A DNA stretch of 64,000 bases, taken from contig CM102288.1 of NCBI GenBank assembly GCA_046563655.1, positions 1,860,001-1,924,000 of the forward strand. Reading direction: 5' to 3'. The notes under the pieces were generated by a model. The model saw only the letters and a list, made by a program, of their open reading frames with translations. It was not told the origin of the DNA and ran no database searches. The DNA comes from Yuukianura sp. NJ FZ-2021 (taxonomy: Eukaryota). Shown here in pieces: positions 31,180-43,453 of this stretch; position 1 is the stretch's first letter, and every line of letters starts with the position of its first letter. A program made the translations under genes and the position numbers.

Positions 31180-32133
31180 TGCTACGATAAAGTCAAAGGT
31201 AAATGAATTAGTTCAAAAATTATTTTACTTAGCTTAGCGTTTATGTGTCCGTTTACTCAATTACCTGTTGAAACTTATCCGGTTGTACTAATGCTGTTAG
31301 CGAAGGAAACCCTGGAGCCACTAACTTTTGCCCTGATTGATCCAGCACTAAAATCCACTTTAATTTCAATTTGTGTGTGGTACACTTAATTTTCATCTGT
31401 CTCCATCTGTAATTAAATTAATTACGTTACGACAGTAAAACAATGAAAAGATTTTACAGTTATCTGATCATCTGTTTTCTTGTGTAAAAATCCCGCTAAC
31501 GGTGAATTTGAATTTTGGCTTTCCCGCGTTACCACAAACAAGTTGGAGTCAATAGTTCCACAATAGTTAAAACTTCATCTTTTTAATTCTCACACTTAGG
31601 ACCGATGTAGAAATTAAAACTAGTGTTTAAAATTAACTATTTAATGCTTACTATTAAAGCTGACCTTAGTCAATTAAAACATTTTACAAATTACTAAGAA
31701 AATAAGACTATTATTTCGTCTACATAAGGTAATTTCTCAGCGTGCCCCAAACATCGAAAGTAATTTAAAAAAGCTCTTACTGGGAAAATTGAATTTTCGA
31801 AGCGGCAATTTCTTTGTCAAAAGTTCGAATTTGCATAAGCAGATTTACGAAAAACGGGAATTGACGGGAAATTATCGGTGTTGTTTTGTTGTTGATTCAT
31901 ATTTCTGTGCGTTTTTGACCTCTTCAACTTCTATCTAGCAGTCACACTTGCGTGACCTTTACGTTCAATTCGGATAAGAGGCACTAATAGAGTTGTGGTG
32001 TTCCTATTTGTTACAATCAAGAATTAGTAGTTGTCGGTGAAATTCACTGAAAACTGAAGTCATCCGTCGTCGCTCTACTACTAGGGACTCACTAGTGTAC
32101 GACCCATCGTTCGTGCGTTTCAAATAAAAGAAA

Positions 32134-35057
32134 ATGTGGGGTTCTACAGGTAATTCCATTGTTTTGATGTTTTGGTAATTGCAAATAACAATTTGCCTTG
32201 TTGTTGAAAAATACAATTTTTAAAACCAATTTCAGAAACGTTCGGTGGGGCAGTTGGTGGTGGATTCATGAACAACATCTCGTCTCCAAGTACATCGGGA
32301 AAAGGAGACAAAGCGGTGAGTTTATTTTGTAAAATGTAAACCAAAAACCAACAAATTAAAAGTTAAAACTAAAGTACATTTACATTTACAAGTTACATGC
32401 TTGTAAGCTCTTGAAATGTTACCCTTACAAATAGTAATGAAAGCATTATAACTACGTAAGTGCTAGACTAGCACTAACGAGATTCTAGACGTAGTGCAAA
32501 TTCGATGCAAAAGTGAAACTAAGATGAAAGAGTCTAAAAATAGTTTTTGCGAATACGGATTTTTCTTATGAGAATTTTCGGAGCGCATGGCATCTTCACT
32601 TCGTCTGCTGTTCAAATCCTCATTTTATCCTGTCTCTTCTCAACCCGGCCGTGTGGCCTAATGGATAAGGCATCAGACTTCGGATCTGAGGATTGCAGGT
32701 TCGAATCCTGTCACGGTCGACTACAATTTTTTTGGTCAATTCTTTTTTTACGTGTTTAGCGTTAACATCAAGTAGAGAATGTCGGTTTACATGGTTTAGT
32801 CTAATGCCGACATACTACGCAACTATAATTCGTTTAATTTTTTAACTAAAGAATGTCTAAGTTCAAAGGACACATTTTTTGGATCGTACAGTTCTCAGGT
32901 TTAGTGAGCCCTTGGAATTAGCTCTTTTGCCCGCGAAGTTCATACCACACTTGTCTTCAAAATTGCAAATTTTCAGATTTTTTGAATCAGTTTTACAAAA
33001 ATGACGAGAGCCGAAAGACAATCTTTCGCGAATCGTGTTGTAACATTTCATAAAAATGTTGCAAATCGGGTGTCAAATCGGTCACGGTAAAACATTTTGC
33101 AAGTGAGGGTATTCAACCCAAAACCATTTACCGTATCATAGACAGATACAATACAAGTGGTGAAAGTGTTTACAAGCCAAATAACACCCGAAAACCAAAG
33201 GTCATGACCGACAAGGTCATTCAAAAAGTGAAAGTTGCTTTTTCGGAACAGTTTCTTTGTGAAGGCAGGATGCATCAGCACGTGTATTTGCAACTTTTGC
33301 AGGAAAAACTCATCCCATTCATCAAAAAACATCATAATTTAGAAGATGTACTGTTTTGGCCCGACCTAGCTTCGTGCCAGTGCGCAAAATCTGTGACTAA
33401 GTACTTGGGATCCGAAAATGTCAACTTTCTCCGGGAAGATCGGAACCCCCATAACGTCCCGCAGGCCAGAGGAATTGAGAAGTTTTGGATGTTAGGAAAG
33501 GAAAAGTACTCTGCTCGATAGCCTCCAGCAAAAAACGCCCGGGGATTTGTGCGAATTTGGTGCAATATGGCGGCGGAAGTGGAGAAAGTGCATGGGGAGA
33601 AAGTCATGGCCCCTGCCTTCACCTTTCTCCGTGAAATCGGTCACAAGGGGTACCAACGCGCTCTGTGTCGTCTAGCGAACCGTAAAAAATATTGAAGTGT
33701 GATGCCTGACCCAATTTGCAATTGTTGTGCGATAAATTATACAAAAAACAAAATGTGTCCTTTGAACTTAGACATACTTTAAGCGTCCTCTTGCAGTTTT
33801 ATTGCATGGAAATTATAAATTATCAGTCTAATTATTGTATTTATAATATAATTTATAATAATTTTACTAACTGAATGAATTAATTTGTTTCAGACTCGTA
33901 AAGGTGCTAATCTTTTTCCGGTGACGATTCGCCAGCTTCATGAATCGCCGGACGAGACCTTGAAGTTTGGAGAAATCGAAGTCAACACCGTACGAAAATA
34001 AAGTGTTTTCAGACAGTACTTTTAGCTTGATGAATCTAAAATTTTGGTGCTAACTCTGTTTTTTTGCGTCTTTTTCAGTTAACTGTCGTTGGGATTATTC
34101 GTCGCGTAGAAATCTCAACCACGAAAGTGTCTTACGTCGTTGATGATCATACCGGTTCAATTGAGGCTATCGTCTATGTCGGACCAGAGGTAACAGAAAA
34201 CGCTGTACAAAAACAACTATTCTCAGAAAAGAGAAACTCCATCAATCATGTTTTATGTTTTAGGACAATGCCAGTGACCCACCGATTATTCTTTCGGAAG
34301 GGGCATATGGACGTATCATCGGATCACTTCGTGCTCAGCGTGGAGATGGACAAAAGTATATTTTAATTTACAAGGTCTTTCCTGTTGTGGACTTGAACGA
34401 GGTCACTTGCCACAATTTGGAAGTCATCTATGTTCCACTCAAGCTAAAGATGCTCAAAGATATGGAGGTTAGTTGATTGAAACTTTAACTGTAATTGATT
34501 TACAGATTCTAAATTAACGGTCTTTTGTAGGACAAAAAGAGTGGTTATGTGGCTTCTGGAGACGGAGGATTCGGCAGCAGCAGCAGCACCAACAACAACA
34601 GTTACAGTAACACAATGGTTGGTGGTGGACTGGTGACAAACAGTGCTGGGACCAAGGTTACGTCAACTCCTGCTGCTGATGGTGCACCTAGTGGATTCAA
34701 ACCTGTGGAAAACAAAGTTTTAGCTTACATCAAGGTAAAACATACACCGAATACAGCTATAAAGTCTTGGAGATGTGAATTGTCCAACAATTTTGTAACT
34801 TAGGCTGCTCAAGGAAATGAAGGTGTCCACAAGGATCAAATTGCAGCAATGCTTCGACTTCCGCCTCAGCAAGTTAGGTAAGTCCAATGAGTAGAATTTG
34901 GAAGATTGCGTATCGTTTTTACCGGTTATTTGATAAAATGGTTTTGACTTAAAATGTGTTAACGTTGGAAACTTTCAGAGACATACTGGACTCTTTGGGC
35001 GGAGAAGGCCACATTTACTCAACCAAAGATGATGACCACTTTAAGATCACTGAATAA
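32134..35057 (+). CDS. RPA2: Replication protein A 32-kDa subunit
   Basis: MWGST|ETFGGAVGGGFMN..SP N-terminus, OB fold (PVTIRQL...VVGIIR...YVVDDHTG...IIGSLR...DLNEVTCHNLEVI) and C-terminal winged helix (EGHIYSTKDDDHFKIT). Confidence 0.95.
32647..32719 (+). tRNA. tRNA-Arg (anticodon TCG) in RPA2 intron 2
   Basis: 73-nt cloverleaf GGCCGTG...CACGGTCG, D-arm TGGCCTAATGGATAAGGC, anticodon arm TCAGA-CTTCGGA-TCTGA, T-loop GGTTCGAATCC, and a T-run Pol III terminator just downstream. Confidence 0.96.
32849..33779 (+). mobile_element. Internally deleted IS630-Tc1-mariner element, DD37E type
   Basis: About 30-bp TIRs AAGAATGTCTAAGTTCAAAGGACACATTTT / AAAATGTGTCCTTTGAACTTAGACATACTT with a TA TSD. Transposase remnant FWPDLASC...NPHNVPQARGIEKFW has 37 residues between D and E; a frameshifted HTH-like N-terminus starts at 33001. 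Confidence 0.9.
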
Positions 35058-35528
35058 TCCGAATTCCATTGGGATACAAGAAAGTACTGAAATGAAACAT
35101 CCTGGATCAACGCATAAACGTAAATACAATATATTTCTTTTCTCAAATACTACAACAATCCCTCAAGGTTTAGCTCATTTTGAAATGGACATACCTCTCC
35201 ATACCTTTACAATCTACTGATTGAGCTAAAGTAACTACATAAATTAACTTTTCTAAAAACATTCTTAACTTAACTAAATACAGTAAATGATACTTGATCA
35301 GAATTCATTCATGTCTAAATGCCATTTCTGGACTCACTTATTTCTGGCGTCTGGCCTAAGACTTGATTGGTCGAAAATCTATCTCCAAATGTTTACATTT
35401 AAGGTTAACTTTTGTTTCGCCAGTGAAAGTGTTGGTGATCAGTTAACACGCATTAGGAAATAAGTGAAATGGAAGGAGTTATTATGGAGTTTACAGTTTA
35501 CCGTAAAGTGGCTAGTAAATGTTCGTTT

Positions 35529-35973
35529 TCAGTCCTTCTTCTTCTTCTGTTCTTCTAAATAGACTTTTAGCTTTTCGAGGTAAGTTGCAGGATCTTCTAC
35601 TTTAGGGCACTGAAAATAGCAAACAAACATTGGAAATGCTTAGCATGGACGAACAAATAGTTTGAAAATTAAGTAAAATACTGCCAGTACTACTGGCCCA
35701 GTAGTGAACTCTAGATTCAATGAGAATCGCTTACGTTGGGATAATTTTGACTTATATAAATTCCGGTATACACTCCAAGCCCAAAGCCAATCTGCGAAAT
35801 GAAACTTCAGATTAGGAAAAAACCGAATTCGGAAATTCTTTAGGTCATAGGTTAACTAATTAATTAATATTGAATTGGGATTTGACAAGACGAACGACAA
35901 GTAAGAAAAGCAAACAAAAATTATTGCCGTTAAGAACTTTGCTAGTACTTACCAGAGTTTTGAATAGGCCCAT
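35529..35973 (-). CDS. STMP1: Short transmembrane mitochondrial protein 1-like microprotein (52 aa, 3 exons)
   Basis: Exons 35973-35953, 35791-35735 and 35609-35529 give MGLFKTL|IGFGLGVYTGIYISQNYPN|CPKVEDPATYLEKLKVYLEEQKKKKD*. The G-x-Y-x-x-QNY motif and basic tail match the family. Confidence 0.85.
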
Positions 35974-36529
35974 CCTACAACTTTTCTTTACAATCAACGA
36001 ATCAACCGTAGCCTTAACGTTAATGTAGTAGAAGGTGCATTAATTGACTAATTAGCTTAACTTTGTGATTTTTGATTAATTAACTATCAAGTCAACAGCT
36101 GAGGCTGAGGACAGAGCCGGTTATCTGCAAACGCAAAGTGATAAGATAAACTGCCAGATGATTTTTCTTCTCAATTTTCCCACCAAAATTTCTTTTTCTG
36201 CCCATTCAGTTCAATTTTCGCCCCCTTGGTGTCAAACTACTGAATGTTATTAATTAGTTTTAATTAAATAATATAATATTGAAATGAAAATATATAAATA
36301 TTCCACATGATTCTGATTCTACTAAGTAGATGACCGTAGTGTGATATTTCCACTCCTTCCGGTGGTCTGGGCCACTGACCTAGAAAATGTCTATTGTTTA
36401 GTGCCGGGGTGCTAATTTTTTCAAAAGGACGCCCTTTAAAGAAAGCTTACACCAAAGTCCGCTTTCTACCACACGGTTTCACCTGTACTGTTAATCTATT
36501 CAATTAACACTTCAACTTGACTTGAAGGA

Positions 36530-36568
36530 TATAAAAGGAAGTGACCAATCCCATTTTCTCGGTTCAGT
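36530..36568 (+). promoter_or_regulatory. TATA box + Inr core promoter of CUB paralogue A (copy at 41466-41504 for paralogue B)
   Basis: TATAAAAG followed about 30 nt later by TCAGT, immediately before the ATG; conserved in both paralogues. Confidence 0.7.
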
Positions 36569-36572
36569 CAAG

Positions 36573-38636
36573 ATGAACACAACTTTGCTTTCTCTTTTGG
36601 CTTTTACTTTGCTCCAGCTCTGTTCCGCTGGGGTCATCTCAGAAGAAGGTCAACGGGATGACAAACGTAAGAGGAGTAATTCAGCTCCAAGTTAATTAAA
36701 ATAGTCAATTAATTGACATTGTTATTTTCAGTTTTACCGTTCCTGGCTGTGGTGTCGTTTCCACATATTGAATGTTCTGCCACGAGCGGTGGAATGACTA
36801 ATCAAGGCGTTTGTTACAATAGGTTGAGTTAAATTAAATTGTAACATTTGAAAAAATGGTTAAATCTGGTTTTGGATTATTTTGAAATTTTTTAAAATGA
36901 AAGAACTTTGTAACAACAGGAAACAATGTCGTAATCTGGGAGGCACTGAATTGGGCGTTTCTTGTGCTCAAGGTTATGGCGTATGCTGCGGATGTAAGTT
37001 ACCATTACAGTGTTATTTTTAGGAGTTCTACGAATTTCCAAAAATTTTAACAATTTCTATTTCTCGGAAAGAATTTCTAACTTTTTGAATTACTTGTATT
37101 TAGTATAGACAATTTTAAAAATGCAACGATACAACATTCTTGAGAATTTCTATTTCGAAAAAATTAGTTACAGCGTCGTGTCCTGCTACATCTGGAGGAA
37201 TGGTCATGGTCAAAAACAATTTGACAATAATTAGTAGTGTAGATACTCCTCGAAGTTGCAGTTTTGTGATTCCAAAGGTGACAAAGGAATTCAGTACTTC
37301 ATGAACTTAACTTGAAAACTTTAAGCTTTGTAAATGTCGTTAATTTTTGTAATTTTTAGCAACCTGATGTTTGCCAAATTCGCCTAGATTTTCAACAGTT
37401 TCAACTCGGATTAGGAGACTACACGTATGGAACCCCCACTGACACACCGCCCGATCCATCTGCGTCAGCCAATGACGGAACTTGCATCAAGGATAAAATG
37501 CTGATATCACCAACGCAAAATCTTCCTGACGGACTTGCAATTTGTGGAACTGCTGCAAATCAACATCGTAAGTAACTACCGGTCACGGCGACATTTTTTA
37601 AAGGAACAATAATTGTTCCTTTATTAAAACTAGAATTATTCTAGTTTTTCTGAACTTGATTTCAGTGTACCTGCATTATGGAGACCAGGACAAGATAACG
37701 TTGAGTCTCACACAGATGACCATGGGGCAGTACGCCATCAAGGTCACCATGATCAAGTGTAACTCTGTATTAAAAGGTATGTTTTGAAGGTCAGTTGAGG
37801 TCATTGCTGTTTTTGGGTTAATTTTTTCCATTTTTTTTTAATTCTAGCTCCGCTGGGATGTACACAGTATTTCAGAGAGAAATCTGCTCGAGTCCAGAGC
37901 TTCAACTTTCCAAACATGCAGCTCAACAGTAAGAAAGCCACGACTAGTGCTTGACTTTTGACCTTGGCCTTTATAACATCTAACTTTGCAGGTCAACGAT
38001 ACTCTGTTTGTGTGCACAACAATGATGGAGAGAGACAAATTCAAGTTAGACATTCTACAGCAACGACTGCCACATTTTCTTATATTGACGTTTTGAAATT
38101 GCCGCTTTTTCGATTTTAGTGGCGTGCATGTTCACCACCACCAACAGTGTCACTGATGACGATGTTTTTTGTGAGTGGCAAGGCCCCGCCAGTGCCTCCT
38201 CAGCTGAAAGGCCCGGAGAACTGCGGAACTGACTACATCATCATCCCTGGATCAGGCAGTGAACGATACTGCGGAGGAAACTTCACTAATGCCGAACAGA
38301 GTGAGTTTTAGTGACCTGGTGAATTTAACTAACTATGTCAATTTGAATTAAAATATCTAACTCAATCCATCCTTCTGTGCAGGTCATGTGATACCGTTTA
38401 CAATGTGGGTGAACTTTGATGAGGCAGAGACTCCTAAGGAACTCATGCCTTCGACGCAGATTGACAAGACGAATGGCTGCCCGTTGGGGTTCAGTTGTAC
38501 AAAGCCTCCAGGAGAAATGTGCGGTTTAGCAACAGATCCAGACCCTGGATTTTGTTTCCCTCCACCGGGATACGCAGCGCTCATAGATCGATACAACATC
38601 GGATTCTGTCTGCAGTATGACCTCGGATCAATATGA
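36573..38636 (+). CDS. Secreted Cys-rich CUB-like protein, paralogue A (multi-exon)
   Basis: Signal peptide, then G.CY...C...GG....SCAQGYGVCC, VCQIRLDF, ICG..NQH.Y, APLGCTQYF...VQSFNF, C.TDYIIIP, RYCG and GFCLQY. This is the pattern of the pancrustacean secreted CUB family. Confidence 0.85.
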
Positions 38637-38815
38637 AACTTCATCGGTTTCATTAACTCCAATTTTAATGTTTTCTAATTTATATTTTTCTAAGTTCTGA
38701 AACCCTCTCAATTTAGAAATTCAATTTTTTCGAACCGTAATTTTCGGATTTGACAAAAAAAAAGTTTAAAACTTCAAGAGTAGCGTTTTCCGTGAATGGC
38801 TTCAGAGAGGAAGGC

Positions 38816-40424
38816 TCAGCAGTTGTTGCCTTGTGTAGTTGGTGGTTCAATTGGTGGTTCTGTAGTTGGCACTTCAGTTGGTGGTTCTGTAGTTGGCGGT
38901 TCAGTTGGTGGTTCTGTAGTTGGCGGTTCTGTAGTTGGCGGTTCAGTTGGTGGTTCTGTAGTTGGCGCTTCAGTTGGTGGTTCTGTAGTTGGCGGTTCAG
39001 TTGGTGGTTCTGTAGTTGGCGCTTCAGTTGGTGGTTCTGTAGTTGGCGGTTCAGTTGGTGCTTCTGTAGTTGGTGGTTCTGTAGTTGGTGGTTCTGTAGT
39101 TGGTGGTTCTGTAGTTGGTGGTTCAGTTGGTGGTTCTGTAGTTGGTGGTTCAGTTGGTGGTTCTGTAGTTGGCGCTTCAGTTGGTGGTTCTGTAGTTGGC
39201 GCTTCAGTTGGTGGTTCTGTAGTTGGCGCTTCAGTTGGTGGTTCTGTAGTTGGCGCTTCAGTTGGTGGTTCTGTAGTTGGCGGTTCAGTTGGTGGTTCTG
39301 TAGTTGGCGGTTCAGTTGGTGCTTCTGTAGTTGGTGGTTCAGTTGGTGCTTCTGTAGTTGGTGGTTCAGTTGGTGGTTCTGTAGTTGGTGGTTCAGTTGG
39401 TGGTTCTGTAGTTGGCGGTTCAGTTGGCGGTTCTGTAGTTGGCGGTTCAGTTGGTGGTTCTGTAGTTGGCGGTTCAGTTGGTGGTTCTGTAGTTGGCGGT
39501 TCAGTTGGTGGTTCTGTAGTTGGCGGTTCAGTTGGTGGTTCTGTAGTTGGTGGTTCAGTTGGTGGTTCTGTAGTTGGTGGTTCAGTTGGTGGTTCTGTAG
39601 TTGGTGATTCAGTTGGTGGTTCTGTAGTTGGCGGTTCAGTTGGCGGTTGTGTAGTTGGTGCTTCAGTTGGTGGTTCTGTAGTTGGCGGTTCAGTTGGTGG
39701 TTCTGTAGTTGGCGGTTCAGTTGGTGGTTCTGTAGTTGGTGGTTCAGTTGGTGGTTCTGTAGTTGGTGGTTCAGTTGGTGGTTCTGTAGTTGGTGGTTCA
39801 GTTGGTGGTTCTGTAGTTGGTGGTTCAGTTGGTGGTTCTGTAGTTGGTGGTTCAGTTGGTGGTTCTGTAGTTGGTGTTTCAGTTGGTGGTTCTGTAGTTG
39901 GCGGTTCAGTTGGTGGTTCTGTAGTTGGTGGTTCAGTTGGTGGTTCTGTAGTTGGTAGTTCAGTTGGTGGTTCTGTAGTTGGTGGTTCAGTTGGTGGTTC
40001 TGTAGTTGGTGGTTCAGTTGGTGGTTCTGTAGTTGGTGGTTCAGTTGGTGGCTCTGTAGTAGGAGGCTGCATAGTCGTGGCTGTAGGGCAGGGCTCCGGG
40101 GTCGTCGCTGCGCAAACACCGTTCGCAAATACCTTTCGCTCAGCTTTAGGGAAAAGAGAAAGGTTTCAGAGTAAGGTAAAAGGTCAATTACAAGGTATAT
40201 GCTTTGAATTTACGTTTGCCTGGATTAACCAAAGCGCACTGATAGGGAATGACCATCCATTGACCATTGTATATGTAGCAGTAGGAATACCAGCCGTCTT
40301 CTGCTGCGTATGGTGGACACGGCTTGTTAGCGTTGTATCCTGTCACTTTACAGTCCGGAATCCCATTGACTGTATGACACCATAAGAAAGCCACCGCTGT
40401 CGCCAGGATTACCAATACCTTCAT
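38816..40424 (-). CDS. Peritrophin/mucin-like protein: signal peptide + 6-Cys chitin-binding-like domain + PPTTE mucin stalk
   Basis: Exon 1 MKVLVILATAVAFLWCHTVNGIPDC...C...YC...C splices (GT about 40213, AG about 40144) in frame to PERKVFANGVC...PEPC and the (PPTTEPPTE)n ORF ending GNNC*. Confidence 0.8.
38835..40066 (-). repeat. Coding minisatellite, 27-bp unit (PPTTEPPTE) with some 15-bp PPTTE variants, about 1.2 kb
   Basis: GTTGGTGGTTCTGTAGTTGGCGGTTCA repeated tandemly over 40 times. Confidence 0.97.
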
Positions 40425-41149
40425 AGTCCATTGAGGCGCATCTCGTTTGGGAAGAGAAACCATCTCCTGTCACTCTCTTCTCAATGAGTTTATGCTAAAT
40501 GCACAGCAACACAGGAGAAGGAGACGGGTTTCTTTCTCTCAATTCCCAAACCAGATGCGCCTCTACAATCACATCATATTTAAAAAAAATTAAAAAGTAA
40601 ATTTCTAGAAGAAAAATTTTAAATGCTCTTACCTTAACTCTTTCCATTTTCCGTATCAGCGCAAGACTGGTTGCTCAAGCTTAAAAATTTGAAATTACAA
40701 TCCTTTGCAGATCGAAAGCGTTTATAAAGTTACGAAAATTACTCGATTTCAACTAAAATTGAATCGTATCATCTTATCCTTATTGACCATTAAATTTCAT
40801 CACCCTTCCACGAAATACTAAAAGTTCGTAATGTTCAAAATCATGATCATGCGTCATTCGGATAATTCTTCGAGTTAGTGAATAGCGGCGAATTGAATAA
40901 TTTGAGGTGTTAATTGTATTGTAGTTAATAAATTGGAATTATTTCAAAATCTGATTTCGGGGAAGGAAGTGGAGCGGCTTGTTTCATGGGCTTTTGACGC
41001 AGTTTGTGAAAGGATTGAACCATTATAACTGCGAACTCTTTTTGACATTGCGGTCAAAGGTCAATGTCAAATGTTCTGCTTATGCCGTATTTGTTCACCA
41101 AATTTTAGTAACTTAAGCTCCATCGACTTTGACCTCCGGAAAATGTCGG

Positions 41150-41420
41150 TGGTTTATTCCTTATCGCAAGTAGGCTCCACCACTGGTTATTCTAACTTGG
41201 AATAACCAGTGGTTAGAATTTCTAAGCACTTGAAGGTTGTGTGTTACTTCGATCTTTTGTAGAGAAAAGAACAAGTTATGAGAAAATATCAAAAAATATT
41301 GTATTTGGTCAGAGGTTAAATGTTTACCATTGGATTGGGAAAGTCAATGAGACCGGATATATGGGTAAGCAATCCAGCGTCCAGTTAAAATGCAGCAGTA
41401 CAAGTACCAGCCCAGTGACG
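41150..41420 (-). pseudogene. 5'-truncated, frameshifted copy of the small 6-Cys gene at 43884-44344
   Basis: 41325-41419 translates SLGWYLYCCILTGRWIAYP then loses frame, versus SLGWYSYCDTWNGRWIAYP in the intact gene. The flank at about 40913-41160 matches about 43633-43890. Confidence 0.75.
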
Positions 41421-41508
41421 ATTAATCTACATAATTTAATACCTCAGCTTAATTTCAAGGATTACTATAAAAGGAAGTGACCAATCCCACTCTCTCGATT
41501 CAGTCAAG

Positions 41509-43453
41509 ATGAACAGAACTTTGCTTTCTCTGTTGGCTTTTACTTTGCTCCAACTCTGCTCGGCTGGTGTCATTCCAGATCAACGGGATGACAAAGGTAA
41601 GAGGGGTAATTGACTTAAAAGTTAATTAAATTAGTCAATGAATTGAAATTGTTGTTGTCAGTTTTACCGTTCCTGGCGGAGGCGTTGTTTCCACATACCG
41701 AATGTACTGTTAAGAGTGGTGGAATGACTACCAAAGGTGTTTGCTACAACAGGTAGAGTTAAATTGTAACTTTAAAAAAATTGTAAGATCTTTGGCTTTG
41801 TATTATTTTAAAAATTTGAAAATTTGAAAAAACTTTCTGGGTACAGGAAACAATGCCGCAAACAGGGTGGATCTGTACTGGGCGGGTCGTGTGCTGAAGG
41901 TTATGGCGTATGCTGCGAATGTAAGTACAGTGTTTTTAAGGCTCTATGAAGTTTTAAAACAGTGTCCAGAATTTTGAAAAATTTTAGTTTCAGCGTCGTG
42001 TCCACCTACACCAGGAGGAACGGTCACGGTCAAGAACAATTTGACAACAATTAGTGGTGGAGATACTCCTCGAAGTTGCAGTTTTGTGATTCCAAAGGTG
42101 ACAAAGAAACTAAAAGTTACAGATGAACTTAATTAAAGGTTACGCTAAATGTGACGCTTAACGCTAAACGCTTAATTTTTGTGATTTTTGTCTAGGAACG
42201 TGATGTTTGCCAAATTCATCTAGATTTTCAGCAGTTTCAACTAGGAGACTACAAATATCCACCCCCCGAGGGCCCTGTGCGCGTCGATCCTTTTGGAGGA
42301 GTCAATGACGGAAGTTGTGTCAATGACAAACTGCTGATATCCCCAACAGAGAATCTTCCTGATGGACTTGCTATTTGTGGAACTGCTGCGAATCAACATC
42401 GTAAGTAACTAAAGGTCAAGGTCGCGGCGACATTTTTTAATATTTTAAGAATTCTCAAACTATTCTGGAACTTGATTTTAGTGTACCTGCACTTTGGCGA
42501 CCAGGACAAGATAAGGTTGAGTCTGACACAAATGACCATGGGCAACTATAGCATCAAGGTCACAATGATAAAGTGTAACTCTGTATCAAAAGGTGTGTTT
42601 TAAAAGTCAGTTGAGGTCAGTGACCTTGTAGATTTAATTTTTTCCGCTTTTTTAAATTCTAGCTCCTCTAGGATGTACACAGTACTTCAGAGAAAAGACT
42701 GCCAGGGTAGAAAGTTTCAACTTTCCAAACATGCAGCTCAACAGTAAGAACGTTAAAGTCTATTTGTTTGTATCTAACCTTTGACCTTTTTAATTCACTT
42801 TTTACAGGTCAGCGATACTCCGTTTGTGTCGACAACAATGACGGAGAAAGACAAATTCGAGTAAGTTAATCTCACACAATGCAACAAGTCCACACATTTT
42901 AGAATTTTTACGGATTGATATTTTGAATTTGGCGGTTTTTCGTTTTTAGTGGCGCCCATGCTCACCACCACCAACAGTACCACAGAAGACGATGTTTTTT
43001 GTGAGCGGCATGGCCCCGCCAGTGCCTCCTCAGGTGAAAGGCCCCGAGAACTGCGGAACGGACTACATCATCATCCCTGGATCAGCCAGTGAACGATACT
43101 GCGGAGGAAACTTCAGTATTGTCGAAGAGAGTGAGTTTTGGTGACCTGGTGACCTATGTCAGTTTTAATTAAAAATGTCAATTGATTTGTTCTGTGCAGG
43201 TCGTGTGACACCGTTTATAATGTGGGTGAACTTTGACGAGTCAGAGACTCCGAAGGAACTGATTCCATCTCCCATCATTGACAAGACAAATGGCTGCCCC
43301 TTGGGGTTCCTTTGCTCGAAGCCTCCAGGAGAACTGTGCGGTTTAGGAACAGATCCAGACCCTGGATATTGTTTTCCTCCAGCAGGATATGCAGCGCTCA
43401 TAGATCGATACAACATTGGATTCTGTCTGGAGTATGCACTCGGATCATTATGA
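41509..43453 (+). CDS. Secreted Cys-rich CUB-like protein, paralogue B
   Basis: Same exon structure and high similarity to 36573-38636 (e.g. last exon PFIMWVNFDESETPKEL...RYNIGFCLEY). Confidence 0.85.

Noticed and set aside
38835..40066. Possible CRISPR-like array
   Set aside because: Contiguous tandem units without unique spacers, in eukaryotic context with no cas genes.
38713..40385. Long alternative-frame ORFs (GGSVV, WWFCS and NHQLQ repeats)
   Set aside because: Shadow frames of the stop-poor 27-bp repeat. Only the PPTTE frame splices to a signal-peptide exon.
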